53,507 bases of DNA from Alphaproteobacteria bacterium MarineAlpha2_Bin1 (lineage in GTDB: Bacteria; Pseudomonadota; Alphaproteobacteria; SHVP01), in NCBI GenBank assembly GCA_002938125.1, contig PTLN01000001.1, positions 1 to 53,507 of the forward strand. Reading direction: 5' to 3'. The notes under the pieces are model-generated. The model made no database searches, had not been told where the DNA came from, and was given only the letters and a program-made list of their open reading frames with translations. Below, piece by piece: positions 38,675 through 48,120 of the stretch. Position 1 is the stretch's first letter. Every line of letters starts with the position of its first letter. The translations under genes and the position numbers were made by a program.

Positions 38675-41383
38675 TTAGTGAGCTTCGCTCCAGTTATCAC
38701 CTACCCCTATATCAACTAGAAGAGGTACTTTTAAATTAACTACTTCCTCCATTACTTTCTTTATTTTAATTTTACTCTCCTCAACTTGACTTTCTAAAAC
38801 TTCAAAAATTAATTCATCATGCACCTGTAAAAGAAGATTTATATTTTGAGCAATCGTATCTTTATTATTAAATAATTCAATCATTGCTAATTTAATTATA
38901 TCAGCAGAACCTCCTTGAAGAGGTGCATTTATTGCTTGTCTTTCTGCAAAAGATTTCTTTATATTGTTTTTATCATTTATGTTAGATAAATATATCCTTC
39001 TCCCAAAAGGAGTAACAACATGACCATATTTTCTGCAATAATCAACCTGAGAATTCATATAATCTTTAATACCAGGAAACTGTTTAAAGTACTTAGTTAT
39101 ATACTCTTTCGCTTCAGTATTTGATATATTTAATTGCTTAGATAAACCAAAAGCACTAATACCATAAATTATTCCAAAATTAATAGCCTTTGCTCTTCTT
39201 CTAAGGTCAGAAGATACTTCTTTTTCTTTTATACCAAAAACTTGAGATGCAGTTGCAGAATGAATATCTAGATTCTCTTGAAAGGCTTTATTCAATTTTG
39301 GAACATCAGCCATATGAGCTAAAAGCCTAAGCTCAATTTGCGAATAATCAGCACTGACTAATTTAAAATTTTTTGGCGCAACAAATGCTTCCCTTATTTT
39401 TTTACCATCTTCAGTTCTTATAGGAATATTTTGGAGATTTGGATCATTCGATGATAATCTCCCAGTATTAGTTCCTGACATTAAATATGTTGTATGAATT
39501 CGTTTAGTTTTTGAGTTCACTAATAAGGGTAGTTTCTCCGAGTAGGTATTTATAAGCTTTGCTAGTTGCCTCCAATCCAAAACTAATTTAGCTATTTTTA
39601 CCCCATTTTGATCAAGAAGCTCAAGAACATCTGCTCCAGTCCCCCAAGATCCAGCTTTACTTTTTTTCCCACCTTCAATTCCCATTTCATCAAAAAGTAT
39701 TTCACCAAGTTGCTTAGGAGAACCTATATTAAAATTCCTTCCAGCCTCTTTATATATGTCTTTTTCTAGTAACTCTAATCTTGAATGGAAATTTTTAGAT
39801 ATTTTATTTAATATACCAGTATTAATTAAAAAACCGTTGTTTTCAATTTTATTTAAAATTTCTATCAGGGGTTTATCAACCTGCTGATGAACAACAAAAG
39901 ATTTATTCATAACAAGTTCTATTTTTAAAATATTATGTAATTCTAAAATTGAATCAGCAATTGAACAACTATAATCTCTCAATTTGTTTAAGTCTATTTC
40001 ATCTATATTTTTTTTTGATTTACCTGTACCAATAATTTCTTCGGGTCTACAAATATTATTATTTAGGAATTTTTTTATAATTTCATTTATGTTGTGATTA
40101 TATTTACCTGTGCCAGAATTGTAAGACATTAATAGGATGTCATCGTATGATTTAAGTCTTATTTGGTAATCATTAATGATTTTAAGAAATTGCTTAACAT
40201 CATAAAAAACTTTTAATACTGAGGGACTCTCTAAAATTAATTGCAAGGAGTCGATAATTTTTTCTAATGCAAATCCCTTTTCATTAGATTCGCTGCTTAT
40301 AGGAAAATAAACAGAATTTCCGATTTCATAACATAGCGACATTCCAATAATATTTTTCTTACCAATTGATAACTCTTTATCAAAAAAAACTATTGAACAT
40401 ATTCCATTTTTTTCAGATAAATTCAAATATTTTTCAATTTGCAATAAATCATCGCAAATATGATATTTTCTCTCTACACTATGATCAGAATTTGATTTTT
40501 CAATATATTCATTATCTCGAGAAATGCGGTTGACTAAACTGTTAAATTCCATTTCCTTAAGAAAAGCAATTACCTGTTCATAATCCGGAAGAGCGTATTT
40601 GAATTTATCTAAAGGCAAATTTATTTTTATATCACTTTTTAAAGTAACTAATTTTCTGGATAAAATTGCATTTTCCGAAAACTCAGTGAGTCTTTCACGT
40701 CTTTTTGGTTGCTTAATTTCGTTTGCTTTTTTTAGAAGAGTATCTAAATCTCCAAATTTATTTATTAATTCTGCAGCAGTTTTTATCCCAATCCCTGGTA
40801 TACCTGGAATATTATCAGAGCTATCACCTGCAAGGGACTGAACATCAATAACTTTGTCTGGTCTTACACCAAATTTTTCAATTACTTCTTTTTCTCCAAT
40901 TATTTTGTTTTTCATTGGATCAAGCATTGAAATACCTGGGGCAATTAGTTGCATTAGATCCTTATCTGAGGATACAATCTTTACATCAAAGCCCTCCTTT
41001 ACAGCTAATTTAGAATATGAAGCAATAATATCATCTGCCTCAAAACCCTCTTTCTCAATCATCAAAATATTGAAAACTTTTGTAGCATCTTTAATCAACT
41101 GAAATTGAGGTATTAAGTCCTCTGGTGTTTCTCCTCTATTAGCTTTGTATTCTGTATATATTTCATTTCGAAATGTTTTACTGCCTTTATCAAATATAAT
41201 AGCTAAATGAGTAGCTAATCCATTGCTAAAATTAGTTTCAATTAACTTATTAATCATGTTTATAAAACCTAGAACTGCACCTGTTGGAATACCATCTTTT
41301 TTTCGATAGAGGGGCGGTAATGCATGGTAAGCACGGAATATGTAACCAGAGCCATCTACCAAATATATACAGTTTTTTTTCAT
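38675..41383 (-). CDS. polA: DNA polymerase I
   Basis: 902 aa. 5'-nuclease N-terminus (LVDGSGYIFRAYHA), a 3'-5' exo-like middle region, and Pol A motifs (DYSQIELRLLAH, RRRAKAINFGIIYG, QVHDELIFE). Confidence 0.97.
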   Translation of the reverse strand: MKKNCIYLVDGSGYIFRAYHALPPLYRKKDGIPTGAVLGFINMINKLIETNFSNGLATHLAIIFDKGSKTFRNEIYTEYKANRGETPEDLIPQFQLIKDATKVFNILMIEKEGFEADDIIASYSKLAVKEGFDVKIVSSDKDLMQLIAPGISMLDPMKNKIIGEKEVIEKFGVRPDKVIDVQSLAGDSSDNIPGIPGIGIKTAAELINKFGDLDTLLKKANEIKQPKRRERLTEFSENAILSRKLVTLKSDIKINLPLDKFKYALPDYEQVIAFLKEMEFNSLVNRISRDNEYIEKSNSDHSVERKYHICDDLLQIEKYLNLSEKNGICSIVFFDKELSIGKKNIIGMSLCYEIGNSVYFPISSESNEKGFALEKIIDSLQLILESPSVLKVFYDVKQFLKIINDYQIRLKSYDDILLMSYNSGTGKYNHNINEIIKKFLNNNICRPEEIIGTGKSKKNIDEIDLNKLRDYSCSIADSILELHNILKIELVMNKSFVVHQQVDKPLIEILNKIENNGFLINTGILNKISKNFHSRLELLEKDIYKEAGRNFNIGSPKQLGEILFDEMGIEGGKKSKAGSWGTGADVLELLDQNGVKIAKLVLDWRQLAKLINTYSEKLPLLVNSKTKRIHTTYLMSGTNTGRLSSNDPNLQNIPIRTEDGKKIREAFVAPKNFKLVSADYSQIELRLLAHMADVPKLNKAFQENLDIHSATASQVFGIKEKEVSSDLRRRAKAINFGIIYGISAFGLSKQLNISNTEAKEYITKYFKQFPGIKDYMNSQVDYCRKYGHVVTPFGRRIYLSNINDKNNIKKSFAERQAINAPLQGGSADIIKLAMIELFNNKDTIAQNINLLLQVHDELIFEVLESQVEESKIKIKKVMEEVVNLKVPLLVDIGVGDNWSEAH

Positions 41384-41420
41384 AATTACTTAATCTCTTA
41401 AAAAAAAAATATATAAAATT

Positions 41421-41573
41421 TTATACTTTTATAAATATCTGACCACAATAAGGACACTCAATCTTATTTTCCTCTAAAGTCAGAAAGACCCTTGGATGTC
41501 CAAGATTTCCACCATCACAAAATACCGTATCTGTAGTAACTTCTTTTATATTATTATCTTCCCTTGTTTCCAT
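41421..41573 (-). CDS. zf-CHCC zinc-finger protein (NDUFS6 C-terminal-like); not in the ORF track (50 aa)
   Basis: Hand translation: METREDNNIKEVTTDTVFCDGGNLGHPRVFLTLEENKIECPYCGQIFIKV*. The C-x8-H...C-x2-C pattern CDGG..LGHPRV...CPYCG is the hallmark of this small alphaproteobacterial/mitochondrial family. Confidence 0.7.
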   Translation of the reverse strand: METREDNNIKEVTTDTVFCDGGNLGHPRVFLTLEENKIECPYCGQIFIKV

Positions 41574-41690
41574 TTTAACCCTCTCTATTAATTTAGTTGA
41601 TAAAATATTTACATAGCTTATAAGTAGGTGCTTTCCATAATTTCAAAATATAGCCTCATATACAACTCTAAGTTTTTTAGGAATTAGTAA

Positions 41691-42656
41691 ATGCATAATG
41701 ACCTTATTATTAAACCTGCTATCGAAGTAAAAAACCTGCAAAAAGTATATCTTGCTAGTGATAAGAAAAAAATACAAAAAACAGCCCTAAAGGGTATAAA
41801 TTTAACAATAAATAAAGGAGAAATTTTTGGGCTTCTTGGCCCAAACGGTGCTGGTAAATCTACATTTATAAATATACTTGCTGGACTAGTTATTAAATCC
41901 AATGGTGAAGTCAATATCAATGGGTTCAACCTTGATACAAATGTTAGAGAAGCAAGACAATCTATAGGAGTAGTTCCTCAGGAATTAACCTTGGATCCCT
42001 TTTTTAGCCCTAAGGACTCGCTAGAATTACAAGCTGGTATGTACGGAGTGAGAAAAAAAGATAGAAAAACCAAAGAAATTCTCTCTGCTTTAAAGCTAAC
42101 TGATGTGGCTGATGGATATGCTAGAAGAATGTCCGGAGGAATGAAAAGAAGATTAATGGTTGGAAAGGCAATGGTACATTCTCCACCTATTTTAGTCTTA
42201 GATGAACCAACAGCTGGAGTTGACGTAGAGCTAAGAAGACATTTGTGGGAAATGGTTAAAGAACTTAATAAAAAAGGTACAACTATATTACTTACTACAC
42301 ATTATATCGAAGAGGCAGAAAAATTATGTGACAGAATAGGAATACTAAATGAGGGTAATCTAGTCGCATGTGATACTAAAGATAAGCTTGTTAGCTTGAT
42401 TGATAAAAAAGAATTAATTGTAAAGCTTCAAGAAAATTTTATTTCCCTTCCAGAGACCTTGAATGACCTAAATCCAATTGTTATTGATAACAAGACCATA
42501 AAGTTTATTTATCAACCCAGTAATGCAGATTTCCACATAATTTTAGAAAAAATAAATTCTTCTAAACTTAGTGTTATTGATTTTGAAATAAATGAAACTG
42601 ATCTTGAAGAGGTTTTTCTATCAATTACTCAGAATAATTTATCCATTAATCTATAG
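41691..42656 (+). CDS. ABC transporter ATP-binding protein (ABC-2/YadG-like), no adjacent permease
   Basis: 321 aa. Walker A GPNGAGKST, signature MSGGMKRRL, Walker B LVLDEPTAGVD, and a C-terminal accessory domain. Confidence 0.85.
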   Translation: MHNDLIIKPAIEVKNLQKVYLASDKKKIQKTALKGINLTINKGEIFGLLGPNGAGKSTFINILAGLVIKSNGEVNINGFNLDTNVREARQSIGVVPQELTLDPFFSPKDSLELQAGMYGVRKKDRKTKEILSALKLTDVADGYARRMSGGMKRRLMVGKAMVHSPPILVLDEPTAGVDVELRRHLWEMVKELNKKGTTILLTTHYIEEAEKLCDRIGILNEGNLVACDTKDKLVSLIDKKELIVKLQENFISLPETLNDLNPIVIDNKTIKFIYQPSNADFHIILEKINSSKLSVIDFEINETDLEEVFLSITQNNLSINL

Positions 42657-42720
42657 AACTTAATTTGGATTTGCTGTATATTTCTTTAAATAAGATTTTT
42701 TTAATTAAAGAAGTGAAGTT

Positions 42721-44397
42721 ATGAATATTAGATCAGATATTGAAATTGCTAGGACTGCAAAAAAACAACCGATTTTAAATATTTCAAAAAAACTCGGTAT
42801 TCCAGAAAATGATATTATTCCTTATGGGTACGATAAAGCAAAGATTTCCTCAAATTTTATTGAAAAATCTAAAAGTAATAAACGAGGAAAACTAATTCTT
42901 GTAACTGCTATTAATCCAACACCAGCAGGAGAGGGAAAAACAACAACAACAGTTGGTTTAGGTGATGGACTAAATAAAATAGGTCATCAAACAACGGTTT
43001 GTATAAGAGAAGCATCATTAGGGCCATGTTTTGGAATGAAGGGAGGAGCAGCAGGCGGAGGTTATGCCCAAGTTATTCCAATGGAAGATATAAATCTTCA
43101 CTTTACTGGAGATTTTCATGCGATAACATCAGCGCATAATCTTCTATCAGCTATGATAGATAATCATATCTATTGGGGAAATAATGAGAATATTGACCCA
43201 AGAAGAGTTACTTGGCGAAGGGTTATTGACATGAATGACCGGTCATTAAGAAATATAGTTACATCTTTGGGTGGTATATCTAATGGGTACCCTAGAGAAT
43301 CTAGTTTTGATATTGTAGCTGCTTCAGAAGTAATGGCGATTTTATGTTTATCAAAAAGTTTCGAAGATTTAAAACAAAGACTTGGAAATATAATTATTGG
43401 TTATAGGTATGATAAATCACCTGTTTTTAGTAAGGATATCAATGCTAATGAGGCTATGTCTGTTTTACTTAAAGAGGCAATTTTACCTAACCTTGTTCAA
43501 ACTTTAGAAAATAATCCCGTTTTTGTTCATGGAGGGCCTTTTGCAAATATAGCACATGGTTGTAATTCAATCTATGCAACAATGACAGCTTTACATAATT
43601 CAGATTTTGTAGTGACAGAGGCTGGTTTTGGTGCTGATCTTGGAGCAGAAAAGTTTCTTAATATTAAGTGCAGACAAGCTAACCTTAAACCTGATTGCAT
43701 AGTTATTGTAGCAACTATAAGAGCATTAAAAATGAATGGGGGCATTAAAAAAGAGAATTTATCAAATGAAAATACAGCTGCTGTAATTGACGGTTGTGAA
43801 AATATTAAAAGACACATAGAAAATATTAAGTCATTTGGTATTACGCCAATTGTAGCAATTAACCATTTTTCAGGTGACTCAAAACAAGAAATATCTGCGA
43901 TAATTGATTTTGTTAATATTTTAGGAACTGAGGCAATACTATGTAAACATTGGGCAAATGGGTCAGAAGGCACAAAAAACCTAGCTCATAAAGTAGTTGA
44001 AATATGTAACAAAAGTAATAAACAATTTAAATTTTTATATGAAGATAGTGACGAATTAATTGACAAAATTAAGAAAATTACAAAAAATATATATAGAGCG
44101 GATGACATATTGATTGACGAAAAAATTATCAATCAATTAAATCAATGGCAAAATTCTGGATTCGGTAAATTACCTATCTGTATGGCAAAAACACAGTATA
44201 GTTTTTCAGCTGACCCAAAACTATTGGGAGCACCCATAGGTTTTAAAGTCCCTATTAAAGAGGTAAGACTTCTATCAGGGGCAGGATTTATTGTAGTTGT
44301 ATGTGGCGATATAATGACTATGCCAGGCCTCCCCAGAAAACCTGCGGCCGAAGATATACTTGTAAATAATAATGGTGAAATTGAAGGCTTATTCTAA
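42721..44397 (+). CDS. fhs: Formate-tetrahydrofolate ligase
   Basis: 558 aa. Motif [15 protein letters not shown], with family-typical sequence throughout. Confidence 0.97.
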   Translation: MNIRSDIEIARTAKKQPILNISKKLGIPENDIIPYGYDKAKISSNFIEKSKSNKRGKLILVTAINPTPAGEGKTTTTVGLGDGLNKIGHQTTVCIREASLGPCFGMKGGAAGGGYAQVIPMEDINLHFTGDFHAITSAHNLLSAMIDNHIYWGNNENIDPRRVTWRRVIDMNDRSLRNIVTSLGGISNGYPRESSFDIVAASEVMAILCLSKSFEDLKQRLGNIIIGYRYDKSPVFSKDINANEAMSVLLKEAILPNLVQTLENNPVFVHGGPFANIAHGCNSIYATMTALHNSDFVVTEAGFGADLGAEKFLNIKCRQANLKPDCIVIVATIRALKMNGGIKKENLSNENTAAVIDGCENIKRHIENIKSFGITPIVAINHFSGDSKQEISAIIDFVNILGTEAILCKHWANGSEGTKNLAHKVVEICNKSNKQFKFLYEDSDELIDKIKKITKNIYRADDILIDEKIINQLNQWQNSGFGKLPICMAKTQYSFSADPKLLGAPIGFKVPIKEVRLLSGAGFIVVVCGDIMTMPGLPRKPAAEDILVNNNGEIEGLF

Positions 44398-45032
44398 ATT
44401 TCTAAAATTTTCTTTAATTTCCACTCAAAAATTTGGATCCTGTCCTGACCAAAAAATGGTTCATTTCTAAGAACAAGAGTTGGTACTCCCCAGTGTCCTG
44501 AACTCTCAAGTTTAACAGCATTACTCTCCAGAATTTCGTCATAATCACTTGGATTTTTATTTACTTCATCCTCCATTTCTTGATAGTTCAAACCTATGTT
44601 TTTAAATAATGCATTTAATGAATCTGGGTCGTTCCAATTTTTATTCTTCCCATCCCAAATTGACCGAGATAATGCGTCAATGTAGTCAAATCCCTTTTCA
44701 TTTTTTTCTGCTAAAACACCCATCCTTGAAATCTTATATGCTATAGGTTGATTATCATCTGGAATTCCATTTGTAAATTTAACAGGATCAGGATTAGGCC
44801 ATTCAAAAGGTATATTATAGTATTCAGCTATTCTTAAATTGTCTAAAATTCCGTAATTTTTTCTATTTTTAGGCAAGTTTGTAAAGTAATTTGTATATCT
44901 TAATGCAAGCGGTAAAACAAATTTTATATTAATTTTTACATTATATTTTTCCCTTATCTCAATTATTCTATCTAAAGCTAAGTAAGAATATGAACTTCTC
45001 ATAGACCAAAATAAATCAATGTTTTCAATCAT
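44394..45032 (-). CDS. 2-hydroxychromene-2-carboxylate isomerase / DsbA-like thioredoxin-fold family protein
   Basis: 212 aa. N-terminal [16 protein letters not shown] and C-terminal GVPTLVL...FFGQDRI, as in the HCCA-isomerase/DsbA family. The 3' end overlaps fhs by 4 nt. Confidence 0.65.
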   Translation of the reverse strand: MIENIDLFWSMRSSYSYLALDRIIEIREKYNVKINIKFVLPLALRYTNYFTNLPKNRKNYGILDNLRIAEYYNIPFEWPNPDPVKFTNGIPDDNQPIAYKISRMGVLAEKNEKGFDYIDALSRSIWDGKNKNWNDPDSLNALFKNIGLNYQEMEDEVNKNPSDYDEILESNAVKLESSGHWGVPTLVLRNEPFFGQDRIQIFEWKLKKILEI

Positions 45033-45266
45033 TTAGCATACCTCCGTTATATAAAAATTTTATTGTTTTAATTCAATAAGTTAGCGGATTTATTTGAATT
45101 ATAAATTTAAATTTATTTAATTTTTTAAATACTTTTTTATTCATTTTTTATCTTATTTTCTTTATTTTTTTTTAGCAAATAAAAAAAAATATATGTATTT
45201 CAAATATTTATGTGAAAAATTTTAAATTTAAATTATAATGGTTTTTATATAAATTTTATCAAAATA

Positions 45267-45680
45267 TTAAAAGCCAACGTTGCCTCCTTTATGCTTTCTT
45301 TGTCTTTCTTTAACATTTTCTAGGAGATTATCCAGAAGACCCTCTTCTAAATCTATAGCAATTTGCCTCAGGGCTTTAACAGCTTCAACCCTGTTTGGAA
45401 GTCTAATTTTATTTTCTTTTCCATCTAGAGGTATTAACTGATTTTTATATCTAATTGATAGTAGGCAAGTACCGGTAGGTTCTTCACTAATCCAATCTGA
45501 TTTTTTTAGAGTATAAGTCGCAGACTCTATTAGAGATAATTGTTTTCTTGCATTTCTAGCTACAATTTTAGATTTTTCCCTAGTTGTAATTCTTCCTTTT
45601 ATTTTACCAAGTTCAGCCTCTATTCCTTTATTTTTTAAGTGAGATATTATACTAAATTTTTCAGTCATTTTATTGCTCAT
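45267..45680 (-). CDS. Hypothetical protein (137 aa), family not confidently recognised
   Basis: Clean ORF with an ATG start. Basic N-terminal half, a central beta-like segment (TGTCLLSIRYKNQLIPLDGKENKIRLPN), and a helical acidic/basic C-terminus. Flanked by 234- and 236-nt extremely AT-rich spacers. Confidence 0.5.
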   Translation of the reverse strand: MSNKMTEKFSIISHLKNKGIEAELGKIKGRITTREKSKIVARNARKQLSLIESATYTLKKSDWISEEPTGTCLLSIRYKNQLIPLDGKENKIRLPNRVEAVKALRQIAIDLEEGLLDNLLENVKERQRKHKGGNVGF

Positions 45681-45916
45681 TTTAATCTAATATTATACTT
45701 ATATTTATCAATTAATTATCATTATTTTTTACTTAATTTATTTTTAATTATACCTGCTTATTATTATATATATTTCACGGGTATTTTAAACATAATTTTT
45801 TATTGTTTTCGATATATTCCTCAAAATCTAAAATATTTTTGATTCTTATTAACTGTTCATCTAATGTTGCGGGAATTAAATATATTGTAAAGATAAAAGC
45901 CAGAGGGAGGTTAACT

Positions 45917-47125
45917 ATGGCATTTAAAAAATTAAAGCTAATATCTATATTAGCTATTTTTGCTATTGCAATGGGCAGTAATGCTTTTGCTGATAGTGTT
46001 AAAATTGGTTCCTTATCGGCAGTAACCGGTCCTATTGCTAAATTAGTGCCACCGATAATTAACGGTTCAAAATTAGCTATTAAACAAATTAATAGCCAAG
46101 GTGGTGTACTTGGTGGAAAGCAACTTGAACTTATAGTTGGAGATACCGGTTGTAATGCGCAAGCCTCAGTAGATGCAGCAACTAAACTAGTAAATGTTGA
46201 ACAGGTAGTTGCTATCGTCGGAGCTTTGTGCTCTGGAGCAACAATTGGTGCAGCTAACAATGTTGCTATACCTTCTAATGTTGTTATGGTTTCCCCTGCG
46301 TCAACATCGCCTGAAATAACTGGTTTAAAGGATAATGATTTAATATTTAGAGTAGCTCCTACTGACGCATACCAAGGAAAAGTGCTAGCAAAATATGTTA
46401 AAGATAAAGGAATTAACTCTGTCGCAGTAACATATGTTAATAATGATTATGGTGTTGGACTAGCTGAAACTTTTACTAAAGCTTACAAGGCTCTTGGTGG
46501 AAAAGTAACAGGACAACAAAAACATGAGGATAAAAAGGCCTCATATAGAGCTGAATTAGCAACCCTATCTAAAGGTAAACCTGATGCTCTAGTTGTTTTA
46601 GCCTATGCTGGTGGAAGTGGGTTAACAATAATTAGACAAAGCCTTGAAAATAGTTTTTTCTCAAAGTTTGTAGGTGCAGATGGAATGCGTGATAAAGTTT
46701 TATTTAAATTAGGCTCAAATGCTTTAAAAGATAAACTTTTAATAATAAGTCCTACATCTCCAAAAAACCAAGCAAGAGCGGCATTTGAAAAAGCTGCAAA
46801 GGCAGATGGAAACGACCCAAACGGCCCTTTCGTAGCTCAAGGATATGATGCTGCTATGATGATAGCTCTCGCTATTCAGAAAGCTGGATCAACTGATAGG
46901 AAGAAAATTTCTGCGGCACTTAGAGATATTGCCAGTGCTCCAGGAGTTGAAGTTGGCCCCGGTGACTGGAAGAAGGCTGTAGATGCTATTGCTTCAGGTA
47001 AAAGTATAAATTATACAGGAGCATCTGGGCAGCATGACTTTGACGAAGCTGGAGACGTAGGCGGAGTTTATGCAGACTTTATTATCAAAGGTGATGATTT
47101 TATTGAAAATAAGATATTAAATTAA
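45917..47125 (+). CDS. ABC transporter periplasmic substrate-binding protein, Leu/Ile/Val-binding (LivJ/K, Peripla_BP_6) family
   Basis: ATG 45917 follows GAGGGAGG. Signal peptide MAFKKLKLISILAIFAIAMGSNAFA|DS. Family core VKIGSLSAVTGPIA...AIKQINSQGGVLGGKQLELIVGDTGC. The track ORF start (45803) lies in the AT-rich leader and I rejected it. Confidence 0.85.
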   Translation: MAFKKLKLISILAIFAIAMGSNAFADSVKIGSLSAVTGPIAKLVPPIINGSKLAIKQINSQGGVLGGKQLELIVGDTGCNAQASVDAATKLVNVEQVVAIVGALCSGATIGAANNVAIPSNVVMVSPASTSPEITGLKDNDLIFRVAPTDAYQGKVLAKYVKDKGINSVAVTYVNNDYGVGLAETFTKAYKALGGKVTGQQKHEDKKASYRAELATLSKGKPDALVVLAYAGGSGLTIIRQSLENSFFSKFVGADGMRDKVLFKLGSNALKDKLLIISPTSPKNQARAAFEKAAKADGNDPNGPFVAQGYDAAMMIALAIQKAGSTDRKKISAALRDIASAPGVEVGPGDWKKAVDAIASGKSINYTGASGQHDFDEAGDVGGVYADFIIKGDDFIENKILN

Positions 47126-47145
47126 TCTAGTTTTTACAGAAAAAT

Positions 47146-47180
47146 AAAAAGCCTCCTTAAAAATTAAGGAGGCTTTTTTT
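47146..47180. terminator. Bidirectional rho-independent terminator between the convergent SBP gene and livM
   Basis: AAAAAGCCTCCTTAA-AAA-TTAAGGAGGCTTTTT is a perfect 15-bp inverted repeat (GC core GCCTCC/GGAGGC). It is flanked by an A-run on one side and a T-run on the other, so it can terminate on both strands. It is the only convincing hairpin terminator I found in the window. Confidence 0.8.
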
Positions 47181-48120
47181 AATCCCTCTTAGGAGGCCTC
47201 TCCTGTAGGATGCCTAAAGGAAATTTTTGGAGAATAAATTGTAGTGCTAGACCTACAAGGAAGATTCTTAAAAATGTTGCCTTTACGGCCCAATCTGGTG
47301 GTAATTGAGCTGTAAATATTTCCATACCAGACCAAATTGTCCAGACTAAAAAAGCTCCCAAAAGGGCTCCTAAATTATTTCCACTTCCACCTATAATCAA
47401 CATTACCCAAATTAAAAATGTTGCCATCACAGGTTCTGTAGCTTCTGGACCAATAAACTTAAAATAATGTGCAGTTAATGCTCCTCCAAGTCCCATTAAA
47501 GAGCAGCCAAACATAAAAGCTTGAATTCTAAATTTTTCTACATTTTTTCCAATAGCCTCGGCAGCTTTATCATTATCCCTTATTGCTCTCATTACTCTAC
47601 CCCATGGAGAATGATGAGCTTTTTGAGATACTATATAAACAAAAAATAAAATTGCTAATACAATAGCTAAGAATAATAACTGAGACCATGGTTGTGATAA
47701 GTTCTCAAAAGGGCGAGGAATATTTGATATCCCTCTTGGCCCATTGGTTGCCCATAACTCATTTTTTAATATTAATCTAAAGATTTCTGCTACACCAATT
47801 GTAGCTATTGCAAGGTAATCAGAGCGTAATCTAATACACAGCTTTCCCACAAAATATCCAATTATTGCAGATATAATCATTGCTGAAATAAAGCCCACAG
47901 CTACAGGTAATTCATATCCACCAAGGTGCTGATCAGAAATCGGAGATGTAATTAATGCACTTGTATAAGCGCCAATTGCAAAAAAACCAGCAATTCCAAC
48001 ATTGAAAAGGCCAGTAAAACCCCATTGAATATTCAAGCCAACTGTTAGGATAGAGTAGATACCACCCATTGTTAGTAGAGCTATAAGATACAATAAATAT
48101 CCTAGCCATACCTCTGACAT
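47179..48120 (-). CDS. livM: Branched-chain amino acid ABC transporter permease LivM
   Basis: 313 aa, polytopic. LivM-type motif GLNIQWGFTGLFNVGIAGFFAIGAYT. Starts immediately after livH. Confidence 0.85.
   Translation of the reverse strand: MSEVWLGYLLYLIALLTMGGIYSILTVGLNIQWGFTGLFNVGIAGFFAIGAYTSALITSPISDQHLGGYELPVAVGFISAMIISAIIGYFVGKLCIRLRSDYLAIATIGVAEIFRLILKNELWATNGPRGISNIPRPFENLSQPWSQLLFLAIVLAILFFVYIVSQKAHHSPWGRVMRAIRDNDKAAEAIGKNVEKFRIQAFMFGCSLMGLGGALTAHYFKFIGPEATEPVMATFLIWVMLIIGGSGNNLGALLGAFLVWTIWSGMEIFTAQLPPDWAVKATFLRIFLVGLALQFILQKFPLGILQERPPKRD

Noticed and set aside
45639-45842. 67-aa + strand ORF in the AT-rich spacer (MRYYTKFFSHFIAHF...)
   Set aside because: Its Tyr/Phe/Ile/Leu/Asn composition is what any open frame in near-pure AT sequence gives. 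It overlaps the 5' end of the 137-aa gene and has no RBS.
45803-45916. Upstream extensions of track ORFs (also 19825..19860 trxA, 35063..35074 FAD2, 36481..36501 SDR, 13893..13910 pyrF)
   Set aside because: In each case an in-frame ATG preceded by a GGAG-type RBS gives a protein that starts where the family normally starts (signal peptide, Rossmann fold, etc.). The longer form adds junk residues or swallows the RBS.
45775-46260. 161-aa minus-strand ORF overlapping the substrate-binding protein gene
   Set aside because: It is antisense to a strongly supported LivJ-like CDS and its Ala/Pro/Thr-rich sequence has no motifs. The same reasoning applies to 17480..17977 (antisense to accD), 11807..12193 and 10736..10960 (rpsA), 43572..43973 (fhs), 14864..15241 (trpF), 51690..52031 (hldE), 763..1143 (kdsD), and the other short antisense or out-of-frame ORFs in the track.
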